Shown in pieces: positions 9,508-19,396 of a DNA stretch of 64,000 nucleotides. This DNA comes from Saccharofermentanales bacterium (lineage in GTDB: Bacteria > Bacillota > Clostridia > Saccharofermentanales > DTU023), in NCBI GenBank assembly GCA_041655695.1, contig JBBAEW010000001.1:30999-94998 (forward strand). The letters are read 5' to 3'. Below the pieces are notes generated by a model. It was not told the DNA's origin and did not search any database. It was given only the letters and a program-made list of their open reading frames with translations. Position numbers and translations under genes: made by a program. Numbering within the stretch: the stretch's first letter is position 1; each line of letters begins with the position of its first letter.

Positions 9508-11013
9508 ATGAGTCAATACGTGATGGCCCTGGATGCGGGGACGACCAGCAACCGCTGCATTCTCTTTGACAGGGAGGGCCAGGTGGCCTCCATGGCTCAG
9601 AAGGAGTTCCGGCAGTTTTTTCCCCAGCCGGGCTGGGTCGAACACGATGCCAATGAGATCTGGTCCAGCCAGCTGGGCGTGGCAGTCGAAGCCATGAACA
9701 AGATCGACGCCCGTGCCCAGGATATCGCCGCCATCGGTATCACCAACCAGCGTGAAACGACCATTCTCTGGGACCGGCAGACGGGCGAGCCCGTCCATCC
9801 CGCCATTGTCTGGCAGTGCAGGCGGACTGCGGGTATCTGCGACCGCCTCAAGGAAGAGGGCCTGACTGATTTCTTTCGCCAGCGGACCGGCCTTGTCATT
9901 GACGCCTATTTCAGCGCCACCAAGATCAAATGGATTCTGGATCATGTGCCCGGGCTTCGCGGGCGGGCGCGGGCCGGCCAAATTCTCTTCGGCACAGTGG
10001 AGACCTGGCTGCTCTGGCGGCTGACCCGGGGCCAGGTCCATGTCACCGACTACTCCAACGCTTCCCGAACCATGCTCTTTGATATCAACCGCCTGACCTG
10101 GGATGAGGAAATTCTGAAGATCCTGGATATCCCGCCGGAGATTCTTCCAGAGGTCCGGCCGTCCAGCTGCCTCTATGGCCAGACGGATCCGTCCTTCCTG
10201 GGCGGCGCCATCCCCCTGGCAGGTGCCGCAGGCGACCAGCAGGCCGCCCTCTTCGGCGAGGCCTGTTTTTCGCCGGGTGAAGCCAAGAACACATACGGAA
10301 CCGGCTGCTTTCTTCTCATGAACACGGGGGAGACTCCTGTATTCAGCAGCAAGGGCCTGGTTACCACCATTGCCTGGGGGCTGAATGGCCGGGTTAATTA
10401 CGCCCTGGAAGGTTCCATCTTTGTCGCAGGGGCTGCCATTCAGTGGCTGCGCGATGAGCTGCACCTGATCAAAACAGCGGCTGACTCAGAGATCCTGGCA
10501 AGGCAGGTGGCCGATACCCATGGCTGCTATCTGGTGCCGGCCTTCACGGGCCTGGGAGCCCCCTACTGGGATCAGCATGCCCGCGGGGTTCTGGTCGGCC
10601 TGACCCGGGGTGTCAACGACCGCCATGTGGTTCGGGCGGCCCTGGAATCCATTGCCTACCAGACACAGGATGTTCTGGAGGTCATGCAGGAGGATTCGGG
10701 TATTTCACTGAGCGCCCTCAAGGCGGATGGCGGCGCGGCGGCCAACGACTTTCTCATGCAGTTCCAGTCCGATATTACGGGGGTCCCCGTCCTGCGCCCG
10801 GCCTGTGTTGAGACTACAGCCCTGGGCGCGGCTTATCTGGCCGGCCTGGCGGTGGGTTTCTGGTCGGGCCTGGATGAATTGGCTGCCAGCTGGAAAATCG
10901 ACCGCCTTTTCCAACCGTCCATGGCCGAAACCCTTCGCCATGACAAGGTCGCTGGTTGGAAAAAGGCGGTAACGCGCTCATTTGGCTGGGACCAGATTTC
11001 AGACTCACAATAG
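9508..11013 (+). CDS. glpK: glycerol kinase
   Basis: ORF with full-length FGGY kinase similarity ([52 protein letters not shown]). SD AAGGAGG upstream. Confidence 0.95.
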   Translation: MSQYVMALDAGTTSNRCILFDREGQVASMAQKEFRQFFPQPGWVEHDANEIWSSQLGVAVEAMNKIDARAQDIAAIGITNQRETTILWDRQTGEPVHPAIVWQCRRTAGICDRLKEEGLTDFFRQRTGLVIDAYFSATKIKWILDHVPGLRGRARAGQILFGTVETWLLWRLTRGQVHVTDYSNASRTMLFDINRLTWDEEILKILDIPPEILPEVRPSSCLYGQTDPSFLGGAIPLAGAAGDQQAALFGEACFSPGEAKNTYGTGCFLLMNTGETPVFSSKGLVTTIAWGLNGRVNYALEGSIFVAGAAIQWLRDELHLIKTAADSEILARQVADTHGCYLVPAFTGLGAPYWDQHARGVLVGLTRGVNDRHVVRAALESIAYQTQDVLEVMQEDSGISLSALKADGGAAANDFLMQFQSDITGVPVLRPACVETTALGAAYLAGLAVGFWSGLDELAASWKIDRLFQPSMAETLRHDKVAGWKKAVTRSFGWDQISDSQ

Positions 11014-11068
11014 AAAACCTGCGCATGGCTTTACCTGACGGCTGATTGCCGTATAATACGCTTATTAA

Positions 11069-11089
11069 CCCCGACTTGGCCGGGGTTTT
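11069..11089 (+). terminator. weak hairpin plus T4 after glpK
   Basis: CCCCG-ACTTGGC-CGGGG followed by TTTT. Short stem and short U-tract. Confidence 0.4.
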
Positions 11090-11103
11090 GGAGAGGTGTA
11101 CTA

Positions 11104-11895
11104 ATGAGCTTTTTTCAGCATTTCTTTTATGGCGTCGAAAGAGCCGAACCCGTAGAAATTTCCTTGCCGCTCATGATCGCCATCCTGGCACTCTGGATCG
11201 GGGTCATGGTCTTCATTGTTCTCTTCCGCAAACGGCTGGCTTCCCAGAAAGACCCCGGCCGGCTGGCGCGGGTGATTGCGGTGATTCTGCTGGCAGACCA
11301 GATTGTGCTCTACCTTTGGCAGTTTTTATCCGGTTACTTCAACGTCGAACTCAGCCTTCCCCTCTATCATTGCCGGATCTGCGTCTGGCTCCTGATCCTG
11401 GATCTGATCTTCGGAGTCAAGGTCCTGCGCCATATCTGGGTCTATTGGGCTTTCCTGGGTTCCTTCTTCTCCATGGCCTTCATGGACCTTTACCGTTTTG
11501 ATTTTCCCCATTACACCAATTTCCAGTTCTTCATCGTTCATCTCCTGATCGGCTGGCTGGTCTTCTATGTCATCTTTGCCATGGGTTACCGCTTTGAAAA
11601 GAGGGGTCTGAAAATCGCCCTGCTGGTCACGACCCTATACAACGTCGGTTTGATTATTTTCAACGGTCTTTGCAACGGAACCTTCCTGGCCCACGAAAAC
11701 ATCCTTTTCAATTATGGCTACATGTCCTTTCCTCCGGGCCCGCTCAAGGACTTTGCCTTGTCTTTCCCGCCCTTTACCTTTAATCTTTTGATGTTGGCCG
11801 GCTACGATCTTTTGATTTTCCTGCTCTATTTGGGAGGCCGTGCCCTTAACCGCATCAGTGACCGTAACGGTCTGGCCAAGGCAGCCGGGGAGTAA
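11104..11895 (+). CDS. polytopic membrane protein (tentatively YwaF/TMEM164-like)
   Basis: ORF with about 7 hydrophobic segments and SD GGAGAGG upstream. The family call rests on recollection only. Confidence 0.55.
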   Translation: MSFFQHFFYGVERAEPVEISLPLMIAILALWIGVMVFIVLFRKRLASQKDPGRLARVIAVILLADQIVLYLWQFLSGYFNVELSLPLYHCRICVWLLILDLIFGVKVLRHIWVYWAFLGSFFSMAFMDLYRFDFPHYTNFQFFIVHLLIGWLVFYVIFAMGYRFEKRGLKIALLVTTLYNVGLIIFNGLCNGTFLAHENILFNYGYMSFPPGPLKDFALSFPPFTFNLLMLAGYDLLIFLLYLGGRALNRISDRNGLAKAAGE

Positions 11896-11903
11896 ACACA
11901 AGC

Positions 11904-12617
11904 ATGGATGATCTCAGGCAGGGGATATCGGTACCGGGACAGGAGCCTCCAAAAGGTTTAAAGGCCAAGCTGGCCTATTTGCGCTTCTACTGGCGCGACC
12001 TGATTCTCCTGGTTCTTTACCTGGCCACCATGTGGATCATGCAGCTGCTCAACCACCCCATCGGGACGGTACGCAGTCTTGAGATTCCCTTTGACCGGCT
12101 GATCCCACTCTGGCCCTGGACGTCCGTGATCTACAACAGCTGGGGACCTTTGATCTTCATTTTGGCCCTGGTTTATCTCTTCCGCGACCGGAGCCTCTAT
12201 CGCCGCTATACCCTGACTATGATCATCGGCCAGCTGATGGCGGATGCCACCTTTCCTCTCTTCCAGACGGAGATCCCCGTCCCCTATGAAAAAGTCTACG
12301 GGGCGACCGATCTATTTTCACGCATCCTGGCCTTTACCTACCGCACCGACAACAACTATTGCGGTTTTCCCTCCATCCATGTCATCCTTTGTACGCTGAC
12401 CATCTTCTTCATCTGGAAGCTGCGTCCGGTCAAGCTTTGGTTTAAAATACTGGTCAGCCTCTATTTCACCCTGGTTGCCCTGACAACGGTGACGACCAAG
12501 CAGCATGTCGTTCTGGACATACCCGGAGGCATCGTCTACGGGCTGCTTGCCATTCCCCTGACACTTCCTCTCTTCCGTCTGATTGAGAAGAAGGTCTTCA
12601 AGGAACCCTACCGCTAG
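11904..12617 (+). CDS. PAP2-superfamily-like membrane phosphatase/transferase
   Basis: Membrane ORF with GFPSIHV and TKQHVVLD motifs resembling the C2/C3 motifs (SxH, HxxxD) of PAP2/sphingomyelin-synthase-like proteins. Confidence 0.5.
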   Translation: MDDLRQGISVPGQEPPKGLKAKLAYLRFYWRDLILLVLYLATMWIMQLLNHPIGTVRSLEIPFDRLIPLWPWTSVIYNSWGPLIFILALVYLFRDRSLYRRYTLTMIIGQLMADATFPLFQTEIPVPYEKVYGATDLFSRILAFTYRTDNNYCGFPSIHVILCTLTIFFIWKLRPVKLWFKILVSLYFTLVALTTVTTKQHVVLDIPGGIVYGLLAIPLTLPLFRLIEKKVFKEPYR

Positions 12618-12652
12618 GTGACCGGATGTTTATATCCGAGGAGCAAAAAGAA

Positions 12653-13279
12653 ATGAGTAAACAAATAAAGCCATGGCCTGTTTTTCTGATTCTGGCCCTT
12701 TTGCTGGCCCTTCCTGCAGCAGGCTGCCAGCCTGGCGGCAGTCAGAGCACAGTGACCCCCGAACCTTCGGAGAGCTCACCTGTCTTTGAACATGAAGTTC
12801 ATGTCCGGATCCCGGCAGAAGAGCCGACGGACCTTGAACCGGGGCTCTATTGTTTAACGGCTCTGAACGGTGACGGCCTCTTCCATCTGCTGGCGGCTGA
12901 CCGCAATCAGACAGATCCCGTCCGGGTGCAGGCTTTCCGCCAGCGCGCCTGGGTTGAGGTGCGCCAGGGTGAAATCCTGCGCTATAAGGGGGCCAAGGTC
13001 GAAACAGAAGAGGAACGGGAGATGCAGGGCTGCTACCCGGTCACTTTGCGGGACGGCTTCTTCCGGATCGGTCTGGATATCTTCCCCGGAATGCTGACGG
13101 TTACAGGGGGGCAGGCAGACGGTGAGACTCCCGTCTGTGAGATCTACGCCTCAGCACACGATTTGGCCGGAGGGCCTCTTCGCACTTATGAGCTCAAGGA
13201 TTCACTCAACTACATCCAGGTGTCAGAGGGGGAATATTTGTATCTTTGGGGAGCTGAAGCCTATATCCCGCCTACCTGA
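12653..13279 (+). CDS. hypothetical lipoprotein
   Basis: ORF 12626..13279. Start taken at MSKQIK, with signal peptide and lipobox LPAAGC. No recognised domain. Confidence 0.5.
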   Translation: MSKQIKPWPVFLILALLLALPAAGCQPGGSQSTVTPEPSESSPVFEHEVHVRIPAEEPTDLEPGLYCLTALNGDGLFHLLAADRNQTDPVRVQAFRQRAWVEVRQGEILRYKGAKVETEEEREMQGCYPVTLRDGFFRIGLDIFPGMLTVTGGQADGETPVCEIYASAHDLAGGPLRTYELKDSLNYIQVSEGEYLYLWGAEAYIPPT

Positions 13280-13328
13280 ATGACCGGCGGCGTGACCGGG
13301 TCGTAGACACCGGAAGTTTTAGAAGAAG

Positions 13329-13997
13329 ATGAAAAGTATTAAGACCCTGAGGGCATTGACGATCCTGCTGGCCAGCATGTCCTTGCTGACAGGCTGCGGG
13401 CAAAGAATAGAAGAAGAAAGCAGGCCGGCAGCTCCGGTCATTACAGAAGGGACGAAGACCTTGACAGAAGAAAAAGTAGCGGAAGGCTACGTGATAAGCC
13501 AGGAAGAAACCAACTACATCGATTTCCTCATGGACAGCGGCAACCACATCGTCATTGAGCTGAACCCTGATTCAGCTCCCCTGACCGTTGCCAATTTCAA
13601 GACGCTGGTCGGCCAGTCTTTTTACGACGGACTGATTTTTCACCGGATTATTGAGGGCTTCATGATCCAGGGCGGCGATCCGGAAGGGACTGGCCGCGGC
13701 GGATCCAGGGAGACCATCAAGGGTGAGTTTCTTTCAAACGGCGTCGACAACCGCCTGTCCCACCGGCGGGGCGCTGTCTCAATGGCCAGAACTCCGCTTC
13801 CGAATTCAGCCAGCTCCCAGTTCTTTATCTGTCACGGGGACTCGCTTTTCCTGGACGGGGATTACGCTGCCTTCGGCCGTGTCATTCTGGGCATGGAAGA
13901 AGTGGACCGCCTGGCTCTGCTGGAAACGGGCGCGGGGGACTTTCCGCTGACACCGCCTGTCATGGAGCGGGTCTTCTTCGTTTCGCCGACTGCCTAA
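13329..13997 (+). CDS. cyclophilin-type peptidyl-prolyl cis-trans isomerase, lipoprotein
   Basis: ORF with lipobox LLTGC and cyclophilin core FHRIIEGFMIQGGDP...SQFFI. Confidence 0.9.
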   Translation: MKSIKTLRALTILLASMSLLTGCGQRIEEESRPAAPVITEGTKTLTEEKVAEGYVISQEETNYIDFLMDSGNHIVIELNPDSAPLTVANFKTLVGQSFYDGLIFHRIIEGFMIQGGDPEGTGRGGSRETIKGEFLSNGVDNRLSHRRGAVSMARTPLPNSASSQFFICHGDSLFLDGDYAAFGRVILGMEEVDRLALLETGAGDFPLTPPVMERVFFVSPTA

Positions 13998-14929
13998 CGC
14001 CGCCAAAAGGCCGGATAGACATCTCCTGGCTGCAGCTGGATCAGTTCATCGACCGTGACGGGAACAAAGCCATGGTCCAGCAGCAGAGGCAGGGCTTGGA
14101 TGAAGCCGTCGACCGTGGTCGGGTGGATGTCGTGCATGAGGAAGATCTTGCCCGCCCTGGCCCGTCTTAAAAGAAAATCATAGACGTAGCCGGCGTCCTT
14201 GTAAACCCAGTCAGCTGTATCGATATCCCAGAGCACGGTTGCCATTCCCTGGCGTCCGGCTTCCGCGTAGACTTCCTCCCCCCGATGGCCTCCAGGCGGC
14301 CTCATGATGGTCGGCCTGCTGCCCGTAAGATTTTCAATGATATCACTGGTTTCAAGCAGCTGCTGCTCCCGGATAAGCGGATCGGCTTTGGTTAAGAAAA
14401 CGTGGGAATAGGTGTGGTTGGCGACCTGATGGCCCTCTTCTTGCATGCGCTGGATCAGGTGGGGGTAACGTTCGGCCGCCCTGCCCTGGACAAAGAAAGT
14501 AACACGGACATTGAAACTCTTGAGGGCATCCAGCAGGCGCTCCGTATGCCGGCCGGGTCCGTCATCAAAAGTGAAGGCAATCCTTCCGGGGTTGGAAATA
14601 AGCGGATTGACCAGATGGCATTTGGCCTTGATCTTTTTGGCCGGCGAGGGGCTCTTGGCTGAAGCGGCCATGGAGGCAACGCCCGGGCACACCGCGTCTG
14701 TCAAAGCCACCCACTGAATCTGACTTTCTCCCAGGTTGATCAGGTCGGCAGCAACCGGCTCCTGATCATCGCCCGGGGCGGGACTTGCAGGAAGCGCTGA
14801 CAGATGCTGGGCGTCAGCCTTCTGACAGCCGCTCATGGCCAGGATCAGGGTGACGGCAACAAAGAGGGAGAGGACGATGGCGATGGCGACAAAAAGAGCC
14901 AATCTTCTTTGGAGTTTTTTACTTTTCAT
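13994..14929 (-). CDS. polysaccharide deacetylase (NodB domain), lipoprotein
   Basis: ORF with lipobox AMSGC and NodB motifs FTFDDGP, HTYSH and LMHD. Confidence 0.85.
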   Translation of the reverse strand: MKSKKLQRRLALFVAIAIVLSLFVAVTLILAMSGCQKADAQHLSALPASPAPGDDQEPVAADLINLGESQIQWVALTDAVCPGVASMAASAKSPSPAKKIKAKCHLVNPLISNPGRIAFTFDDGPGRHTERLLDALKSFNVRVTFFVQGRAAERYPHLIQRMQEEGHQVANHTYSHVFLTKADPLIREQQLLETSDIIENLTGSRPTIMRPPGGHRGEEVYAEAGRQGMATVLWDIDTADWVYKDAGYVYDFLLRRARAGKIFLMHDIHPTTVDGFIQALPLLLDHGFVPVTVDELIQLQPGDVYPAFWRR

Positions 14930-15042
14930 TCAGACGCAGCCTGCTAGCCTTAAAGGGCGATCTTTTGACTTCATTCTAACATGGCCGCAGTCCGGGAACA
15001 TTTGCGTATAATCATCGGGTAGAGATAATCCAGGAGGTAGGA

Positions 15043-15639
15043 ATGAAACTGATTTTGGCAAGCCGATCCCCCCGCAGAAACCAACTTCTGGCCATGGCGG
15101 GCCTGTCCTTTGAGACGGCTCCGGCGGCCTGTGATGAGGAGGCCCTGGCTTCCAGGATCCAGGAAGATCATCCCGGTTTGGCCAGGCAGGATCTTGTCCA
15201 GCTTCTGGCAAGGGCCAAGGCCTATGCCGTGCTGGATGCCCATCCCCAGGATCTGATTCTGGCCGCTGACACCCTTGTCAGCCTGGATGACCGGATATTT
15301 GGCAAGCCCCTTGACCGGGAAGAGGCCCGCTGGATGCTTAGAACCCTGGCAGGCCGGACGCATGAGGTGGATACTGGGGTTGCCCTGGTAGCCAAAGATC
15401 ATGAGGAATTATTCGTCAGCCAGTCACTGGTCACCTTCCGTCCCCTCACGCGGAATCTGGAAGATCTGATCGATCGCTATGTGGAGACGGGGCTCCCCCT
15501 TGACAAGGCCGGAGCGTACGGTATCCAGGAATTGGGGGGCCTTCTGATCGAGCGGATTGACGGCGACTTTTTCTCGGTTATGGGCTTGCCTGTTGCTGAA
15601 GTTTACGACCGCCTGAGAAAGTTTCCCATTCAGTCTTAA
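15043..15639 (+). CDS. maf: Maf-like nucleoside triphosphate pyrophosphatase
   Basis: ORF with LILASRSPRR, KAGAYGIQ and VMGLP motifs. Confidence 0.9.
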   Translation: MKLILASRSPRRNQLLAMAGLSFETAPAACDEEALASRIQEDHPGLARQDLVQLLARAKAYAVLDAHPQDLILAADTLVSLDDRIFGKPLDREEARWMLRTLAGRTHEVDTGVALVAKDHEELFVSQSLVTFRPLTRNLEDLIDRYVETGLPLDKAGAYGIQELGGLLIERIDGDFFSVMGLPVAEVYDRLRKFPIQS

Positions 15640-16907
15640 GCATCCGGGCTGCCCAGCCAGCTTGCCAGATAGGCCTTCTTATCTTCCGTGTAGCGGGCAT
15701 TGCTTACCTGCAAAGCGGGATTCTCAAAGAGGTCAATGACCGTCCCCAGAAGGACCCGGGCCGGATCCAGGTAGGTCTTTTCCTGGTCCTGGATTTCGAA
15801 GGCGGCACTGTGAACGCGGCCGCTGGTTCCAGAAAAACCAAATTGTACCGCCGGCAGGAGACTGGCCAGATCGCCCATGTCGCCTGAGGCGCTGGATGAA
15901 GGGCCCACCAGGATGTCCTCTGTCCGGCAGAGATTGAGCATGTTCCGGTAGATAACTTCATTGAGTTCAGCTGACTGGACCAGGGGCAGGTAGCCGCTGG
16001 TCCGGACAATTTCATGCTCCAGACCAAGCGCCCCGGCACAGTGGCCGGCCAAAGCCTCGAAGCGTTGATCCAGGTCAAGCAGGTCTTCGGTTGAATGGGC
16101 TCTCAGGTAGGTCTCCAGGACAGCTACTTCCGGAATGGCATTGGCCGACAAACCGCCCTGGGTCAAAATGGGGTAGAGGCGGACACCGGATTCCGGAGCG
16201 TATTGTTCCTGCAGAAAAGAAGAGGCCTGGATGCAAAGGGTCGCCGCCTGCAGGGCATTTCTCCCAAGATGGGGGGCTACACCCGAATGGGCCGCCCGCC
16301 CAAGGAAGCGGACTTGTTTGACATTGAAGCCGGCCAGGGTGGAGCCTACGTCAAAACGGAAGTGGTCATCCCCGGAAACGTGACAGCTGAGAACGGCGTC
16401 CACATCGTCGAAAAGACCCAGAGCTATCATGCTTTGCTTGCCGGACAGATGGGTGACCGTTCCCTGCCTGATCAACTCCCGCCGGAAATCCAGATCCAGG
16501 AATTCTTCAGCCGGTGTCGCCAGGAAACTGATCCGCCCGGGCTCTGACCCGGGGATTCCCAAGTCCTTGAAGATTCGCATTAAGGCCAGCATGACCGTCA
16601 CCTGGATGCTGTGGCCGCAGGCGTGGCGCAGGACAGGTCCCTTGTCCCCCTGGACTTCGAGCGCGTCCATATCGGCAACCAGAGCCAGATGATAACCCTC
16701 TGTCCCCAGGGTGGCCCGGATCCCTGTTCTGGCAAGCTCCCGCTGGAAGGGGATGCCGGTCCGCTCCAGATAGTCTCCGATGATGGCGGCTGTCTCAAAC
16801 TCCTGGAAGCCCCGTTCGGGATGGTCAAAGAGGGTCTGCCCCAGCTCAAAGATATGGTTGCGGGTCGCCTCCAGGAGGGCAAAGGCCTTCTCTCTGTACG
16901 AGCTCAT
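15636..16907 (-). CDS. M20-family amidohydrolase (aminoacylase/AbgB-like)
   Basis: ORF with an M20D-type pattern (HACGHS, metal-ligand region PAEE). Starts 11 nt downstream of the TSUP array on the same strand. Confidence 0.8.
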   Translation of the reverse strand: MSSYREKAFALLEATRNHIFELGQTLFDHPERGFQEFETAAIIGDYLERTGIPFQRELARTGIRATLGTEGYHLALVADMDALEVQGDKGPVLRHACGHSIQVTVMLALMRIFKDLGIPGSEPGRISFLATPAEEFLDLDFRRELIRQGTVTHLSGKQSMIALGLFDDVDAVLSCHVSGDDHFRFDVGSTLAGFNVKQVRFLGRAAHSGVAPHLGRNALQAATLCIQASSFLQEQYAPESGVRLYPILTQGGLSANAIPEVAVLETYLRAHSTEDLLDLDQRFEALAGHCAGALGLEHEIVRTSGYLPLVQSAELNEVIYRNMLNLCRTEDILVGPSSSASGDMGDLASLLPAVQFGFSGTSGRVHSAAFEIQDQEKTYLDPARVLLGTVIDLFENPALQVSNARYTEDKKAYLASWLGSPDA

Positions 16908-16918
16908 GGGGAGCCTGC

Positions 16919-17662
16919 CTAAACCAGTTTGCTGATGCCGCCCGCGATGGAGATCAGGCCGCTGACAAACTGAATGATGTAGACGAAGTTGGAGAACTTC
17001 TGATTGGAGATCCGGTGGTGCAGCCAGTTGCCGATGAAGTAGGCCAGGACCACCAGGGGGAGGGCATAGCCGATGGTCACGGCCATCTCATTGGTATAAA
17101 CCTGGAGGACAAAGATCCGGTAGAGGGTGGTAATGGTATTGGTCACGATCCAGACCGCTACCATGGTGGCCCGGAAAGTCCCCTTGTCCTTCATACGGCT
17201 GAGGGCGTAGATATTGATCAGGGGCGCTCCCATGGAGAACATGCCCTGGATGACGGCGCCGACGCCCAGGGAAATATACATGGCCAGAGGCGGCATCTGG
17301 CTGGGTTCTTTCTTGCGGATCATGCGAAGGATTTCCCGGCCGCTGACAAAGGTCACCAGTGTGCCGATGATCAGGCGCAGGGCCCACTCTACATTGCGGA
17401 GTGTCGCGAAGAGCAGGTAGCCCACCGGCATGATGGGTACGATGCAGGCCAGGATGATCAGAAATTCACGGACATTGATTTTCTTGTATTGGGTGGCCAG
17501 CATGATAGCCAGCATGAGCAGGCTGGTGGCCGTGAAGAGGGCAACGGATTTTTCCGCCCCCCAAAAGAGTGACAGGATCGGAACGCCGATGGAAATGGAT
17601 CCAAAACCGGCGATGGCCTCGATGATGTTCATCAGAAGGACCAGCAGAAGATAAAAACCCAT
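16919..17662 (-). CDS. TSUP (TauE/SafE) family permease, paralogue 3 of tandem array
   Basis: 247-aa membrane ORF with motifs AGFGSISIGVP, QGMFSMG and FRATM shared with its neighbours. Confidence 0.85.
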   Translation of the reverse strand: MGFYLLLVLLMNIIEAIAGFGSISIGVPILSLFWGAEKSVALFTATSLLMLAIMLATQYKKINVREFLIILACIVPIMPVGYLLFATLRNVEWALRLIIGTLVTFVSGREILRMIRKKEPSQMPPLAMYISLGVGAVIQGMFSMGAPLINIYALSRMKDKGTFRATMVAVWIVTNTITTLYRIFVLQVYTNEMAVTIGYALPLVVLAYFIGNWLHHRISNQKFSNFVYIIQFVSGLISIAGGISKLV

Positions 17663-17721
17663 ATGCGTTAACCTCTCAACGTTTCCTTACCAGAGTATAC
17701 GCTATTTGTCCGCCGGCCGGC

Positions 17722-18465
17722 CTAGAGAAGGAGGAAGATGCCTCCGCCGATGGAAAAGAGACCGCCGATCAGTTGGACGGCATAGACGATGATTGTGAAG
17801 CGCTGGTCGGGGACCTTGTAGTGGAGGCGGTTGCCCAGGAGAAATGCCAGGACAACCAGGGGCAGCGCATAGAGGATCCAAAGCCAGGTAGACTCCGTGT
17901 AGGCCCTCAGATAAAAAACGCGAAAGGCTATGGAAAGGCTGATGGTCATGACCCAGACGGCCGACATGGTCGCCCGGAAGACACTTTTGTTCTTGATCCG
18001 GGTCAGGGCGTAGACATTAACCAGGGGCCCGCCCATGGAGAACATGGCCTCAACCAGAGCGCCAAGAGCCAAAGAAGTATAGGCCACCCAGGCCGGCAGG
18101 TCGGAATCATCCCGCCTGATCAGCCGCCTCCACAGCTCATGACCAGCCACCAGGGTCACAACGGAACCGGTCGTCAGCCGCAGCAGCCATTCGAAGGGAC
18201 GGATCCAGGCGTAGAGCAGGTAGCCCAGAGGAAGCAGGGGCAGGACACAGACAGCCATAATCAGGAATTCGCGCCAGTTGATCTTGCGAAGCTGGGTTGT
18301 GAAGATCAGAAGGCAGAGAACAAAACCGGTGGTGGCCAGGAGGTTGATGGACCGCTCCGTGCCCAGAATAAGGGACAGGATAGGGATGCCGATGGAGGTT
18401 GAACCGAAACCAACAATGGTTTCAAGAACAAGCATGGCAAAGAGGATAATAAAAAAAGAGATCAT
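17722..18465 (-). CDS. TSUP (TauE/SafE) family permease, paralogue 2 of tandem array
   Basis: 247-aa ORF with the same motif set (VGFGSTSIGIP, EAMFSMG, FRATM). Confidence 0.85.
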   Translation of the reverse strand: MISFFIILFAMLVLETIVGFGSTSIGIPILSLILGTERSINLLATTGFVLCLLIFTTQLRKINWREFLIMAVCVLPLLPLGYLLYAWIRPFEWLLRLTTGSVVTLVAGHELWRRLIRRDDSDLPAWVAYTSLALGALVEAMFSMGGPLVNVYALTRIKNKSVFRATMSAVWVMTISLSIAFRVFYLRAYTESTWLWILYALPLVVLAFLLGNRLHYKVPDQRFTIIVYAVQLIGGLFSIGGGIFLLL

Positions 18466-18480
18466 CTGTGCGCCCCCCGC

Positions 18481-19224
18481 CTAAACCAACAGCAAAATGC
18501 CGCCGGCTATGGAGAAGAGGCCGGAAACCAGCTGAACCAGGTAGACGACGTGGGCGAATTTTTCGTTTGGAATCCGCTTGTGCAGTCGATTGCCCACGAA
18601 AAAGGCGGCAAAAATCAAAGGCAGGGAGTAAAGGATATAGGTCCAGATTACTCTTGTATAGGCGTGGAGGACGAAGACGCGAAAGAGGAGAGACAGGCTG
18701 TTGGTGATCAGCCAGACCATGATCATGGTTGCCCGGAAGGCGCTTTTGTCTTTGATCCGTGTCAAGGCATAGACATTGATCAGGGCTCCGCCCATCGAAA
18801 ACATGCCCTGGACCACAGCCCCGATACCGAAGGCAGTATAAACAAACCATTTGGGCGGGTCACCGGGGTCTTTACGGATCATACGCCGCCAGATTTCACG
18901 GCTGGCCACCAAGGTAACTACCGACCCCATGATCAGGCGCAGGGCCCATTCCATGGAGCGCAGCTGGGTGTAGAGCAAATAGCCCACAGGCATAACAGGG
19001 ATGACAAAGGCCAGGATGATCAGGAGCTGGCGGACCTGCACCTTTTTATATTGACTTGAGGCGATAATGAGACAGAGGACGAGTCCTGCTCCAGAAAGCA
19101 GCGCAACCGATGTTTCCGTTCCCAAAGCCAGAGCCAGCAGGGGGATGCCGATAGAAGTCGATCCGAATCCGGCGATTGACTCCAGTACCTGCATGAGAAA
19201 TACAACAATAAAATAAATGAACAT
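18481..19224 (-). CDS. TSUP (TauE/SafE) family permease, paralogue 1 of tandem array
   Basis: ORF 18481..19419 trimmed to ATG 19224 (MFIYFIVVFLMQVLESIAGFGSTSIG), which aligns with the starts of the other two paralogues and gives 247 aa. Confidence 0.8.
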   Translation of the reverse strand: MFIYFIVVFLMQVLESIAGFGSTSIGIPLLALALGTETSVALLSGAGLVLCLIIASSQYKKVQVRQLLIILAFVIPVMPVGYLLYTQLRSMEWALRLIMGSVVTLVASREIWRRMIRKDPGDPPKWFVYTAFGIGAVVQGMFSMGGALINVYALTRIKDKSAFRATMIMVWLITNSLSLLFRVFVLHAYTRVIWTYILYSLPLIFAAFFVGNRLHKRIPNEKFAHVVYLVQLVSGLFSIAGGILLLV

Positions 19225-19396
19225 GAAGTCCCGCCACCTCTGTCTCCATAGGGGCACTGTCATCAGACAATGCGCTTGCCATGATTCTACTACGAGACGC
19301 CCCCGACCTGTACCATCTGCAAGAGTATTTAAAGCCCATAGGCTATAATTTAGGCAAAAGAGGCGGACTGCCTTGACAGGGAAAAGGGAGCATGAA

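Noticed and set aside
11040-11060. TATAAT box with a TTTACC -35-like element after glpK.
   Set aside because: It lies upstream of the glpK terminator hairpin, only ~50 nt from the next ATG, with the hairpin in between. I cannot tell whether it is functional, so it is not reported as a promoter.
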